64,000 bases of DNA from Vannielia litorea (GCF_019801175.1 NZ_JAHVJR010000001.1:2944580-3008579); one strand, 5' to 3'; counted from the stretch's first letter, positions 20,081 to 30,068 are shown. Notes: generated by a model not told the origin, from the sequence alone. A program made the numbers and translations.

Positions 20081-20794
20081 ATGAGCACCGGATACGTGAC
20101 CCTCTCCCGCCAGACCGGGCTGATGAACGAGATGCGCGCGGTCGCGAACAACCTCGCCAACCTCTCCACCACCGGCTTCCGCCGCGAGGGGGTGATCTTT
20201 TCCGAATGGGTCCGCGCCGCCGATGGCCCCTCGGGCTCGGTCTCCATGGGCACCGCCCGCGTGCGCAACACCGACCTGTCTCAAGGCGTCCTCTCCCAGA
20301 CCGGCGGCACCTTCGATTTTGCCATCGAGGGCGAGGGTTTCTTCCAGATCGAAACGCCCGAGGGCCTGCGCCTCACCCGTTCTGGCAGCTACACCCCCGG
20401 CCCGGCAGGCGAGTTGATGAACGGCGATGGCCATTTCCTGCTCGATGCCGGCGGCGCGCCCGTTTTCGCTCCGCCTGGCGTGCGCTCCATCAGCCTCTCG
20501 CCCGATGGCACCCTCTCCGCCGATGGCACCCCACTCACCCAGATCGGCGTGGTTGTGCCGGAGGATTACACCGCCATGACCCGCCAGGGCGGCACCCTCT
20601 TCAACCCCGGCGGCGCCGTGCTGCCCGCCGAGAACGCCCGCGTGCTGCAAGGCTTCGTTGAAGAGAGCAACGTTGATCCGATCCTCGAGATCGCCCGGAT
20701 GATCGAGGTCCAGCGCACCTATGAGCTGGGCCAGAAATTTCTGGAGAAGGAGTCCGAGCGCAAGGATTCCGTCATCCAGACCCTGACACGCTAA
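20081..20794 (+). CDS. flgF: Flagellar basal-body rod protein FlgF
   Basis: 237 aa with rod-family N-terminal (ANNLANLSTTGFRRE) and C-terminal (ESNVDPILEIARMIEVQRTYE) motifs. Confidence 0.85.
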   Translation: MSTGYVTLSRQTGLMNEMRAVANNLANLSTTGFRREGVIFSEWVRAADGPSGSVSMGTARVRNTDLSQGVLSQTGGTFDFAIEGEGFFQIETPEGLRLTRSGSYTPGPAGELMNGDGHFLLDAGGAPVFAPPGVRSISLSPDGTLSADGTPLTQIGVVVPEDYTAMTRQGGTLFNPGGAVLPAENARVLQGFVEESNVDPILEIARMIEVQRTYELGQKFLEKESERKDSVIQTLTR

Positions 20795-20806
20795 GGAGGC
20801 AAGCCC

Positions 20807-21592
20807 ATGCAGGCCCTGAAAATCGCCGCCACCGGCATGAGCGCGCAGCAGATGCGCGTCGATGTCATCTCCAACAATCTCGCGAATATGAGCACCACCG
20901 GCTACAACGCCCGCCGCGCCGATTTCGCCGATCTGCACTACCGCCAGCTCGCCCGGCCCGGCGCGATCAACGCAAATGATGGCACCATCCTGCCGACCGG
21001 CGTGCAGATCGGCCTCGGCGTGCGGCCCTCCGCAGTCAGCATGAACGTCCAGCAGGGCTCGCTCGGCGCCACCGGGGGTGATCTCGACGTGGCGATAGAG
21101 GGAAACGGCTACTTCGAGGTCACTCTGCCCTCCGGCCTCTCCGCCTACACCCGAGACGGCGCCCTGAAGCGCTCGGCCGATGGCCTCATCGTCACCGCCG
21201 ACGGCTACGGCGTGGTGCCCGACATCACAATCCCCGAGGATGCCCGCGCCATCTCCATCAACGCCGACGGCGAGATCTACGCCTATTTCAACGACCAGGT
21301 CGCGCCCCAGCTTCTCGGCCAGTTCACCCTCGCCGACTTCTCCAACGTGAAGGGGCTCGAAGCGATGGGCTCCAACCTCTTCCTCGAGACCGAGGCCTCC
21401 GGCCCGCCGCTGGTGGCCACCCCCGGCGAACAGGGGCTCGGGACCGTCCGGCAAGGCTATTTGGAGGATAGCTCCGTCGATGCGGTGAAGGAGATCACCG
21501 ATCTGATCACCGCCCAGCGCGGCTACGAGCTGAACGCCAAGGTCATCACCGCCGCCGACCAGATGCTCGGCGCCACCACCCAGATCCGCTAA
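20807..21592 (+). CDS. flgG: Flagellar distal rod protein FlgG
   Basis: 261 aa; MQALKIAATGMSAQQMRVDVISNNLANMSTTGY...YLEDSSVDAVKEITDLITAQRGYELNAKVI. Confidence 0.9.
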   Translation: MQALKIAATGMSAQQMRVDVISNNLANMSTTGYNARRADFADLHYRQLARPGAINANDGTILPTGVQIGLGVRPSAVSMNVQQGSLGATGGDLDVAIEGNGYFEVTLPSGLSAYTRDGALKRSADGLIVTADGYGVVPDITIPEDARAISINADGEIYAYFNDQVAPQLLGQFTLADFSNVKGLEAMGSNLFLETEASGPPLVATPGEQGLGTVRQGYLEDSSVDAVKEITDLITAQRGYELNAKVITAADQMLGATTQIR

Positions 21593-22044
21593 TGATGCTT
21601 CGCCTCCTCGCCCTTCTGTCGCTTCTAGCCAGCCCGCTCCGGGCCGAGATGCTGGTGGCCGCCCGGATGATCCCGGCGGGCACCCTGCTGGAGCCCCGCG
21701 ATGTGCTCCTGCGCGAGGGCACGGCGGCCGGCGCGGTGGTGGCCGTCGATGAGGCCGTCGGGCTCGAATCCCGCGTCGTCCTCTACCCCGGTCGCCCGAT
21801 CCGCGCCGCCGAGCTGGGTCCGCCCGCACTGGTCGAGCGCAACCAGATCGTCACCCTCGTCTACCGCCGCTCCGGCCTGCTCATCGCCACCGAGGCGCGG
21901 GCGCTGGGGCGCGGCGGCCTGGGCGACATGCTGAGAGTCATGAACCTCGCATCCCGCAGCACCGTCACCGGACAGGTCGACGAGGCGGGGCGCGTCATCG
22001 TGGGCCCAAGCGCCCGAATGCTGCACGACCTGGAGGACTTCTGA
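21592..22044 (+). CDS. flgA: Flagellar P-ring assembly chaperone FlgA (short form)
   Basis: Signal peptide plus SAF-like domain. Sits between flgG and flgH. Start overlaps the flgG stop. Confidence 0.65.
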   Translation: MMLRLLALLSLLASPLRAEMLVAARMIPAGTLLEPRDVLLREGTAAGAVVAVDEAVGLESRVVLYPGRPIRAAELGPPALVERNQIVTLVYRRSGLLIATEARALGRGGLGDMLRVMNLASRSTVTGQVDEAGRVIVGPSARMLHDLEDF

Positions 22045-22775
22045 TGACCCGCACCGCCCTTATCCTGCTCACCGCGCTACTCGCGCTCACCGGCTGCTCG
22101 CGTCTGCAAAACGTGGGCAAGGCCCCCGACTTCGAGCCGACCGAAAAGAGCTATGAGTATCGCGCCATGGCCTCCGTGCCCCTGCCCGACGTGCTCGACG
22201 ACAAGCGCGGCGCCGAGCAGGCCTCGCTCTGGAGCCGCAACCGCAAGTCCCTGCTGGGTGACAGGCGGGCCGTGCGGCGCGGCGATATCCTCACCGTGGT
22301 GATCGAGATCGACGACAGCGCCTCCATCTCTAACGCCACCGGCCGCTCCCGCAACGGCTCCGAGAGCATGGGCGTCCCCTCGCTCTTCGGCATCCCCCAG
22401 CGGATCGACGAGCGCTTGCCCGAAGGCGCCAGCACCGCCGATGCGGTTTCAACGAACTCCTCCTCCACCTTCTCAGGCAACGGGTCTGTGAGCCGGAACG
22501 AGCAGCTGGAACTGCGCATCGCGGCGACCATCGTGGAGGAAATGTCCAACGGCATCCTGCGCATTCAGGGCAGCCAGGAGGTGCGGGTGAACTTCGAGCT
22601 GCGCGAGCTTCTGGTCACCGGCTACGTCCGCCCAGAGGATATCACCCGCCAGAACGAGATCACCTATGACAAGATCGCAGGTGCCCGCATTTCCTACGGC
22701 GGTCGTGGCCAGATCACCGATGTGCAGCAGCCGCGCTACGGCCAGCAGGTGGCCGACATCGTCCTGCCCTTCTGA
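22044..22775 (+). CDS. flgH: Flagellar L-ring lipoprotein FlgH
   Basis: Lipobox LLALTGCS with the FlgH family core. Confidence 0.85.
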   Translation: MTRTALILLTALLALTGCSRLQNVGKAPDFEPTEKSYEYRAMASVPLPDVLDDKRGAEQASLWSRNRKSLLGDRRAVRRGDILTVVIEIDDSASISNATGRSRNGSESMGVPSLFGIPQRIDERLPEGASTADAVSTNSSSTFSGNGSVSRNEQLELRIAATIVEEMSNGILRIQGSQEVRVNFELRELLVTGYVRPEDITRQNEITYDKIAGARISYGGRGQITDVQQPRYGQQVADIVLPF

Positions 22776-22801
22776 TCCGCGCCCACACCGGAGACAGCCC
22801 C

Positions 22802-23317
22802 ATGAAGTCTATCCTCCTCATCCTCATCCTCGCCGCCATCGGCATCGGCGCGGGCGCAGGCGCGGGCATGATGCTCCGCCCGCCGCCCGAGGAGGTGGTG
22901 ATGAACCCCTGCGGCGAGGAGGGCGAGATGGTCGAGAGCCACCCGGTCGCCGCGCCGGAGCCAAAGGACACCACCGGCGAGGAGGCCGACCCGAACAAGG
23001 AATACGTGAAGCTGAACAACCAGTTCATCGTGCCTATCGTCGAGGAGGGGCGCGTGGCCTCGATGGTGGTGCTCAGCCTCAGCCTCGAAGTCGAGCTCGG
23101 CCAGCGCGAAACCGTCTATGCCCGAGAACCCAAGCTGCGCGACAGCTTCCTGCAGGTGCTCTTCGACCACGCCAACTCTGGCGGGTTCTCTGGCAACTTC
23201 ACCACCGGCACCAAGATGCGCCACCTCTCCGAAGCGCTTGAGGAGATTGGCCGCAAGGTGCTCGGCGCCACGCTGACGGATGTGCTCATCATCGACATCG
23301 TCCGGCAAGACAACTGA
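22802..23317 (+). CDS. fliL: Flagellar protein FliL family (copy 2)
   Basis: TM helix plus FliL core (YVKLNNQFIVPIVEEGRVASMVVLSLSLEVELG...ATLTDVLIIDIVRQDN). Confidence 0.7.
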   Translation: MKSILLILILAAIGIGAGAGAGMMLRPPPEEVVMNPCGEEGEMVESHPVAAPEPKDTTGEEADPNKEYVKLNNQFIVPIVEEGRVASMVVLSLSLEVELGQRETVYAREPKLRDSFLQVLFDHANSGGFSGNFTTGTKMRHLSEALEEIGRKVLGATLTDVLIIDIVRQDN

Positions 23318-23348
23318 CCGCCGGAAGCTGGCGCAGGGCCCGCGCGGC

Positions 23349-25061
23349 TCAGCGCCGCTCGCCCACCTCGCGGGTTTCGCTCAGGGTCATCCCGGCAGAG
23401 AGCGCCTCAGGGTCCACCACCAGCTCCAGCACCGCGAGCCGCCCGCTGGCCTGCGCCCGAACGAAGGCCCCGGCAAAGTCTTCCGTCCGCTCCACCCGCT
23501 CGCCAAACCCGCCATAGGCCTGCACCAGCGCCACGAAATCCGGGTTGGCCAGGTCGGTGCCCGAGACGCGCCCGGGGAAGGTCTTTTCCTGATGCATCCG
23601 GATCGTGCCATAGCGCCCGTTGTTGACCACCAGAACGATCGGCGCGGCGCCATGTTGCATCGCGGTCGAGAGCTCGTTGCAGGTCATCTGAAAACAGCCA
23701 TCTCCCGCCAGTGCCACCACCACCCGCTCGGGATGGCGCAGCTTGGCGGCAATGGCGGCGGGCAGGCCATAGCCCATCGAGCCGGAAGTCGGCGCAAGCT
23801 GGGTGCCGTAACGCTTGAACTGGTAGTAGCGATGCAACCAGGCGGCATAGTTGCCGGCGCCATTGGTCAGCACCGCATCGTCGGGCAGGTTCTCCGAAAG
23901 CCAGTGAATCACCTGCTCCAGCTTCAGTGCGCCGGGGGTCTCCTTCGGCCGGATCCACTTTTCATAGGCAGCGCGGTAATCGGCCGTCCACTGCCGCTTG
24001 TCGCCGCGCGGGCGCACGGAGCGGGCGAGCTTGGCCAGCACCACCGGCGCCTCCGCGACGAAGGGCAGCTGCACCGGGTAGACCTTGCCGATCTCGTCCG
24101 GATCGGGGTGAACGTGGATGATCCGCTTGTGCGGCGCGGCCACGTCGAGCAGCTTGTAGCCGCCCATCGTCACATCGCCCAGCCGGGTGCCCAGCGCCAC
24201 GATCAAATCGGCCTGTCGCACGGCATCGGCAAGGCCCGGGCTCATGCCCACGCCGAGATCGCCGATGTAATTGGGGTGCCGGTTGTCCATGTAATCCTGC
24301 CGCCGGAACGGCACCGCGACGGGCAGATCCATCGCCTCGGCAAAGCGGGCGAGGTTGGCGGAGGCCTCGGCACTCCAGCCCGGCCCGCCCGCGATCAGTA
24401 GCGGCCGGTGCGACCGCTCGATCTGGTGGATCACCAGCTCGGCAAAATTCGAGCCTTCCGGCGAGGTGAAAAAGGAGTCATCCGGGCGGTCGGCCACGTT
24501 GACCTTGTCGTGCAGCATGTCCTCGGGGAGCGAAAGCACCACCGGCCCCGGACGGCCCGACATCGACAGGCGGAAGGCGCGGTCGATGTATTCCGGCAGG
24601 CGCGCGGCGTCATCCACCTCCGCCGTCCACTTGGCGACGGGGGCCAGAAAGGCCTTCATGTCGACTTCCTGAAAGGCGTCGCGGTCGCGCTGCTCGCGCG
24701 GCACCTGCCCGACGAACACCACCATTGGCGTGCTGTCGTGCTTGGCCACATGCAGCCCGGCAGAGGCATTGGCCGCTCCCGGCCCGCGGGTCACGAAGAG
24801 CACGCCGGGCTCGCCGGTCATCTTGCCCTCGGCCTCGGCCATCATCGCCGCGCCACCTTCCTGGCGGCAGACGATGTTCTTGATGCCGGAGTCCACGAGC
24901 CCGTCGAGCACCGGCAAAAAGCTCTCTCCCGGCACCGAGAACACGCGTTCGATGCCACGGATGGCGAGTTGGTCGACAAGCACCTGCCCGCCATGCCGAA
25001 GCTCAGCGGCCCGCGGCGCGGCGGAAGGTTTGGGCGTTTTTAGTGGCACGACGGTCTTCAT
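23349..25061 (-). CDS. Thiamine-pyrophosphate-dependent enzyme, acetolactate synthase large-subunit family
   Basis: TPP N-domain (VFSVPGESFLPVLDGL), central domain, and the TPP-binding GDG...NN motif (ALAGDGCFQMTCNELSTAMQHGAAPIVLVVNNGRYGTI). Confidence 0.8.
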   Translation of the reverse strand: MKTVVPLKTPKPSAAPRAAELRHGGQVLVDQLAIRGIERVFSVPGESFLPVLDGLVDSGIKNIVCRQEGGAAMMAEAEGKMTGEPGVLFVTRGPGAANASAGLHVAKHDSTPMVVFVGQVPREQRDRDAFQEVDMKAFLAPVAKWTAEVDDAARLPEYIDRAFRLSMSGRPGPVVLSLPEDMLHDKVNVADRPDDSFFTSPEGSNFAELVIHQIERSHRPLLIAGGPGWSAEASANLARFAEAMDLPVAVPFRRQDYMDNRHPNYIGDLGVGMSPGLADAVRQADLIVALGTRLGDVTMGGYKLLDVAAPHKRIIHVHPDPDEIGKVYPVQLPFVAEAPVVLAKLARSVRPRGDKRQWTADYRAAYEKWIRPKETPGALKLEQVIHWLSENLPDDAVLTNGAGNYAAWLHRYYQFKRYGTQLAPTSGSMGYGLPAAIAAKLRHPERVVVALAGDGCFQMTCNELSTAMQHGAAPIVLVVNNGRYGTIRMHQEKTFPGRVSGTDLANPDFVALVQAYGGFGERVERTEDFAGAFVRAQASGRLAVLELVVDPEALSAGMTLSETREVGERR

Positions 25062-25145
25062 CTGGCGGCCCCGGGGATTCGTCTCAGCCTGTGCCATTCG
25101 CGCGGCCCCGGCAAGCCTCCGGCCCGACTATTTTCTGCTGTGGGG

Positions 25146-25547
25146 TCAGTGAGTCAGCGCGCCGTCGGTTCCGGTCGCCGCCGGGGTGAATCCGCCACCG
25201 TGGTACTCAACCATCGCGGCGAGGTCGTCGACCGGGGTGCCCGTGCGCAGGAAGGCGCAGGCATTGGATGCGATCGAAAAGATCGACCCGTCCGAGAAGA
25301 AGCTGGTGTCGGTGACGAAGATCACCTTGGTCTCGGGCCTGCGGTAGGCGGCAAAATCGGCCACCGCCAGCGCGCTGCCCTCGGCCAGCACGAGGTTCAG
25401 CACGATCACCTTGGCCTCGCCGTGGCGCAGCACATCCACCGCATCGCCCTGGCCGCCAACGAGCGTCACCTGGCAGCCTTGCCGCTCCAGATGCCGAGCC
25501 CAGAATCCTCCGAGCTCCTCGTCGCTTTCCACGATCAAGACTTTCAC
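25146..25547 (-). CDS. Stand-alone receiver-domain protein with Asn at the expected phospho-acceptor position (atypical response regulator)
   Basis: CheY-like fold (MKVLIVESDEE...KVIVLNLVLAEGS...KVIFVTD). By alignment to CheY D57 (FVISDWNMP) this protein has N (VIVLNLVL). Confidence 0.6.
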   Translation of the reverse strand: MKVLIVESDEELGGFWARHLERQGCQVTLVGGQGDAVDVLRHGEAKVIVLNLVLAEGSALAVADFAAYRRPETKVIFVTDTSFFSDGSIFSIASNACAFLRTGTPVDDLAAMVEYHGGGFTPAATGTDGALTH

Positions 25548-25620
25548 ACCACGCCTCGCTGACCGGAAGGTTCCGGACGCAACGCCCCCTCAGCCCACTA
25601 TGGGCCAGAATACCTAAACG

Positions 25621-25748
25621 CACGTTAACACATTGGACATAATGGTTAACGCGATTCCCCGGCTCCGGAGGGACAAATCTAAAATCAGCCTCAAATCAGC
25701 GCCTTGTCGCCCATCACCGGTGAACGGCCTGTTAACCACTTAACGTTT
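25621..25748. promoter_or_regulatory. Divergent promoter region carrying four (G)TTAAC hexamers
   Basis: Seen directly: cGTTAACa, gGTTAACgc, tGTTAACc, cTTAACgtt. The hexamer is rare in this high-GC sequence. TTAAC is the CtrA half-site, but the spacing here is not the canonical N7. Confidence 0.3.
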
Positions 25749-25818
25749 TCGTAGGCCCCGTTGCGTCCTCCCGCGCGTCCGCTACCCTCTCGCCGCACTG
25801 CCAGCCCCGGAGATCGCC

Positions 25819-26988
25819 ATGCGCACCGCCCTTCTCGCCGCCAGCCTGCTCGCCGCCGCCCCGCTTCAGGCGCAAGAGGCGCCCTGCGGCGGTGACTTCA
25901 CCGCCTTCAAGGCCGCTATCGCCGCCGAGGCCCCCTCCCACGGCGTCAGCGCCGACACCGCCAGCCGCTTCCTGTCCGGTGTCCGGCAAGACCAATCCGT
26001 GCTCAAGGCCGACCGCGCCCAAGGCGTCTTCCAGATGCCCTTCGTCGACTTCTCCCGCCGCCTCATCAGCCAGAGCCGGATCGACCGGGGCCGGGCCAAT
26101 GCGCGCGAGTACGATGCCATCTTCACCGAGATCGAACAGCGCTACGGCGTCTCCCGCGGCGTCCTCCTCGCCTTCTGGGCCTTCGAAACCGACTACGGCG
26201 CGGTGCAGGGCGATTTCAACACGGTGAACGCCCTCGTTACCCTCGCCCACGACTGCCGCCGCCCCGGCCTCTTCCGGCCGCAGGTCTTTGCCGCGATGAA
26301 GCTCTATGAGTCCGGCGATCTCGACCCCGCCCGCACCACCGGCGCATGGGCGGGCGAGATCGGCATGGTCCAGATGCTCCCCGAAGACATCATCGAGAAT
26401 GGCGTCGATGGCGACGGCGACGGCCACGTGAGCCTCAAGACATCGGCCCCCGACGCGCTGATGTCCGGCGGCAAGATGCTGCAATCGCTCGGCTGGCGCG
26501 CCGGCGAGCCGTGGCTCCAAGAGGTCACGATCCCCGACACGCTCGACTGGTCGCAGACCGGGCTGGAAACCGAGAAGCCCGCTTCCGAATGGGCCGCCCT
26601 CGGCGTGCAGCCCCGCGAGGGCAGCTTTGCCGATCTGCCCGCTTCGCTCCTGCTCCCGCAGGGCCGCAAGGGCCCGGCCTTCCTCGCCTACCCCAACTAC
26701 CGCGTCTACTTCGAGTGGAACCAGAGCTTCGTCTACGTCACCACCGCCGCCTATTTCGCCACCCGGCTGGAGGGCGCCCCTGTGTTCAACGCAGGCGCCC
26801 CCGATCCGGGTCTCGCGGATGGGCAAATGAAGGCCCTGCAACAGAAACTTCAGGCGCAGGGCCATGACGTGGGCGAGGTCGACGGCATCTTGGGCGCAAA
26901 AACCCGCGCCGCCGTGCGCGCCGAACAGGCCCGCCTCGGCCTGCCCGCCGATGGCTGGCCCACCGCGGAACTGCTGAACAGTTTATGA
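25819..26988 (+). CDS. Lytic murein transglycosylase (MltB family) with C-terminal peptidoglycan-binding domain
   Basis: Signal peptide. MltB-like core (LLAFWAFETDYG...EIGMVQMLPED...DGDGDGHV). C-terminal PG_binding_1-like domain (LQQKLQAQGHDVGEVDGILGAKTRAAVRAEQARLGL). Confidence 0.8.
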   Translation: MRTALLAASLLAAAPLQAQEAPCGGDFTAFKAAIAAEAPSHGVSADTASRFLSGVRQDQSVLKADRAQGVFQMPFVDFSRRLISQSRIDRGRANAREYDAIFTEIEQRYGVSRGVLLAFWAFETDYGAVQGDFNTVNALVTLAHDCRRPGLFRPQVFAAMKLYESGDLDPARTTGAWAGEIGMVQMLPEDIIENGVDGDGDGHVSLKTSAPDALMSGGKMLQSLGWRAGEPWLQEVTIPDTLDWSQTGLETEKPASEWAALGVQPREGSFADLPASLLLPQGRKGPAFLAYPNYRVYFEWNQSFVYVTTAAYFATRLEGAPVFNAGAPDPGLADGQMKALQQKLQAQGHDVGEVDGILGAKTRAAVRAEQARLGLPADGWPTAELLNSL

Positions 26989-27077
26989 GAATGCAACTGC
27001 GTCGCAGTTACATCTAATTGAAATCGTTGACTTTTCTATCGAGCGCCTTTACCTGACCCGCACAGGAAAGGCCCGCC

Positions 27078-27626
27078 ATGACCCCGTTTGCCATCGCCAC
27101 CCTCGCGCTTGCGCTCTCGATCGACGCCTTCGTGGCGGCGCTTGGCCGTGGCGCGCAGGTCGCCCGGCCCGGCTTTGCCGCCGCGCTCTCCACCGGCGCC
27201 GTCTTCGGTGCGGTCGAGGCGCTGACCCCATTGCTCGGTTGGGCCGCTGGGCTAGCCGCCGCGCAGTTCGTCGAGGCCATCGACCACTGGATCGCCTTTC
27301 TCCTCCTCGCGCTCGTCGGCGGGCGCATGGTGCTGCACGCGCTCGCCAAGTCCCGGCCCGCGCCCACCGCGGGCGGCCTCGTTCTCACCGCCATCGGCTC
27401 TTCCATCGACGCCTTCGCCGTGGGCATCTCGCTCGCCGTGCTCGGCGCGCCCATTGTCACGGTCGCCATCACCATCGGCGCCGCCACCCTCGTCATGGCC
27501 ACCCTCGGCACCCTCGCCGGGGCCTCCCTTGGCCGCCGCTTCGGCACCCTCGCCGAGGTCGCGGGCGGCCTTGCGCTCATCGCCCTCGGCACCGGTATCC
27601 TGCTCGATCACACGCTCCTGGCCTGA
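27078..27626 (+). CDS. mntP: Manganese efflux pump MntP (DUF204)
   Basis: 182 aa, six TM, duplicated SIDAF(A/V) motif (LALSIDAFVAALG / GSSIDAFAVGISLA). Confidence 0.8.
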   Translation: MTPFAIATLALALSIDAFVAALGRGAQVARPGFAAALSTGAVFGAVEALTPLLGWAAGLAAAQFVEAIDHWIAFLLLALVGGRMVLHALAKSRPAPTAGGLVLTAIGSSIDAFAVGISLAVLGAPIVTVAITIGAATLVMATLGTLAGASLGRRFGTLAEVAGGLALIALGTGILLDHTLLA

Positions 27627-27719
27627 CGGCCGCCTGATCGGCCCCCAAATGGCGCCCGACCCGCTTGCCGCGCCGCGCCCGCGCCTTTAGAACGCGCAGG
27701 TCAACAAGGAGTCCGCGCG

Positions 27720-28949
27720 ATGACCGAACAGCTCAACAGCTTCATGACCGGCCCCGATGAAAAGGGCCGCTTCGGCGATTTCGGCGGGCGTTTCGTGTCG
27801 GAAACGCTGATGCCGCTGATCCTCGAACTCGAGGAACGCTACGAGCACGCCAAGACCGACCCGGAGTTCTGGGCCGAGATGGACTTCCTGTGGAAGCATT
27901 ACGTCGGCCGCCCCAGCCCGCTCTACTTTGCCGAGCGGCTGACCGAGCGCCTCGGTGGCGCCAAGGTTTACTTCAAGCGCGACGAGCTGAACCACACCGG
28001 CGCCCATAAAATCAACAACGTGCTGGGCCAGATCATCCTCGCCCGCCGCATGGGCAAGAACCGCATCATCGCCGAGACCGGCGCAGGCCAGCACGGCGTG
28101 GCCACCGCCACCGTCTGCGCCAAGTTCGGCCTCAAATGCGTGGTCTACATGGGCGCCCATGACGTGGAGCGCCAAGCCCCCAACGTCTTCCGCATGCGCC
28201 TTCTGGGCGCCGAGGTGGTGCCGGTGACCTCCGGGCGTGGCACCCTGAAAGACGCGATGAACGACGCGCTGCGCGACTGGGTGACCAACGTGCGCGATAC
28301 CTTCTATTGCATCGGCACCGTCGCCGGCCCGCACCCCTACCCCGCGATGGTCCGCGATTTTCAGGCCATCATCGGCAAGGAAACCCGCGAGCAGATGATG
28401 GAGGCCGAGGGCCGCCTGCCCGACAGCCTCGTGGCCGCCATTGGCGGCGGCTCCAACGCGATGGGCCTGTTCTTCCCCTTCCTCGATGACAAGGAAGTCG
28501 AGATCATTGGCGTCGAGGCCGGCGGCAAGGGCGTGAACGAGAAGATGGAGCATTGCGCCTCCCTCTCCGGCGGCCGCCCCGGCGTGCTCCACGGCAACCG
28601 CACCTATCTGCTGCAGGATGAAGACGGCCAGATCCTCGAAGGCTCCTCCATCTCGGCGGGCCTCGACTATCCCGGCATCGGGCCGGAGCACTCCTGGCTG
28701 CACGAGACGGGCCGCGCCAAATACGTGTCGATCACCGACGCCGAGGCGCTCGAGGCCTTCCAGCTCTGCTGCGAGACCGAAGGGATCATCCCCGCGCTCG
28801 AGCCCTGCCACGCGCTCGGCCACGTCATCAAATACGCGCCCACCCTGCCCGCCGATCACATCCTCTGCATGAACATGTGCGGCCGCGGCGATAAAGATAT
28901 CTTCACCGTCGCCAAGGCCCTCGGCGTCGACATGAGCGCGATGGGCTGA
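27720..28949 (+). CDS. trpB: Tryptophan synthase beta chain
   Basis: 409 aa. PLP-lysine motif ([11 protein letters not shown]) and the GGGSNA loop. Near-identical architecture to known TrpB. Confidence 0.95.
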   Translation: MTEQLNSFMTGPDEKGRFGDFGGRFVSETLMPLILELEERYEHAKTDPEFWAEMDFLWKHYVGRPSPLYFAERLTERLGGAKVYFKRDELNHTGAHKINNVLGQIILARRMGKNRIIAETGAGQHGVATATVCAKFGLKCVVYMGAHDVERQAPNVFRMRLLGAEVVPVTSGRGTLKDAMNDALRDWVTNVRDTFYCIGTVAGPHPYPAMVRDFQAIIGKETREQMMEAEGRLPDSLVAAIGGGSNAMGLFFPFLDDKEVEIIGVEAGGKGVNEKMEHCASLSGGRPGVLHGNRTYLLQDEDGQILEGSSISAGLDYPGIGPEHSWLHETGRAKYVSITDAEALEAFQLCCETEGIIPALEPCHALGHVIKYAPTLPADHILCMNMCGRGDKDIFTVAKALGVDMSAMG

Positions 28950-29035
28950 GGCCTAAACCTCGGTTTAGGCCCCTCTGCCGGGGGTTTAGGCCGGTCACCC
29001 GGGGGTTTAAGGCCGCACGCCTAAACCCCCGGCCA
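28950..29035. repeat. Cluster of REP-like palindromes (GGCCTAAACC / GGTTTAGGCC family); first copy is a perfect 10-bp stem hairpin right after the trpB stop
   Basis: Seen directly: GGCCTAAACCtcGGTTTAGGCC (28950-28971), GGGGTTTAGGCC (28981-28992), GGGGGTTTAAGGCcgcacGCCTAAACCCCC (29001-29030). No T-tract follows. Confidence 0.5.
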
Positions 29036-29119
29036 ATCGACCGCCCGCCCCCAACCACGCTTTCCTTTTGGCCAAGGTCCGGCACCCCGCCGGCCCACAA
29101 CGCCCGAAAGGAAAAGCCG

Positions 29120-29596
<477 letters not shown>

Positions 29597-29678
29597 TCAC
29601 CCGCGCAATCTCATGCCGAAAGGCCCAAACCCGTCCGGCCCGGTTTTCCGGGTCGGGCGCTTCGCTTAAGCTCTGACC

Positions 29679-30068
29679 ATGACTCGCATCCTCGCGCTCC
29701 TCTGCCTCGTCACCGCCCTCGCCCTGCCCGAGCCCGCGCCGGCCCAGTCGGTGCGCGACCGCGTGGTCTCTCAGCTTGAGGCGCAGGGCTTCGGCAACTT
29801 CCGGATCTCCCGCACCCTGCTGGGCCGGGTGCGGATCGTCGCCATCGGCCGCGGGATGCAGCGCGAGATCGTCTTCAACCCGGCCACCGGCGAGATCCTG
29901 CGCGATCTCTCCCGCCCGATCCGCAAGGGCGTGCAGGGCAGCAACGGCCACGCCTCGGGCGCGAGCAATGATCGCAACGGTGGCGGCGGCGGAGATGACG
30001 ACGACGATGATGACGACGACGACGACGGGGACGATGACCACGATGGGGGCGACGACGATGACGATTGA
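29679..30068 (+). CDS. Secreted PepSY-like domain protein with Gly5-poly-Asp tail (paralogue of the preceding gene)
   Basis: Signal peptide MTRILALLCLVTALALPEPAPAQS. PepSY-like core (RVRIVAIGRGMQREIVFNPATGEILRD). Tail NGGGGGDDDDDDDDDDDGDDDHDGGDDDDD. Confidence 0.6.
   Translation: MTRILALLCLVTALALPEPAPAQSVRDRVVSQLEAQGFGNFRISRTLLGRVRIVAIGRGMQREIVFNPATGEILRDLSRPIRKGVQGSNGHASGASNDRNGGGGGDDDDDDDDDDDGDDDHDGGDDDDD

Noticed and set aside
20030-21829. 599-aa minus-strand ORF
   Set aside because: Antisense to flgF/flgG. It is a Gly/Ala/Arg-rich artefact.
25621-25748. Canonical CtrA boxes (TTAA-N7-TTAAC)
   Set aside because: TTAAC half-sites are present, but none of the pairs has the N7 spacing, so I report it only as a TTAAC-rich promoter.
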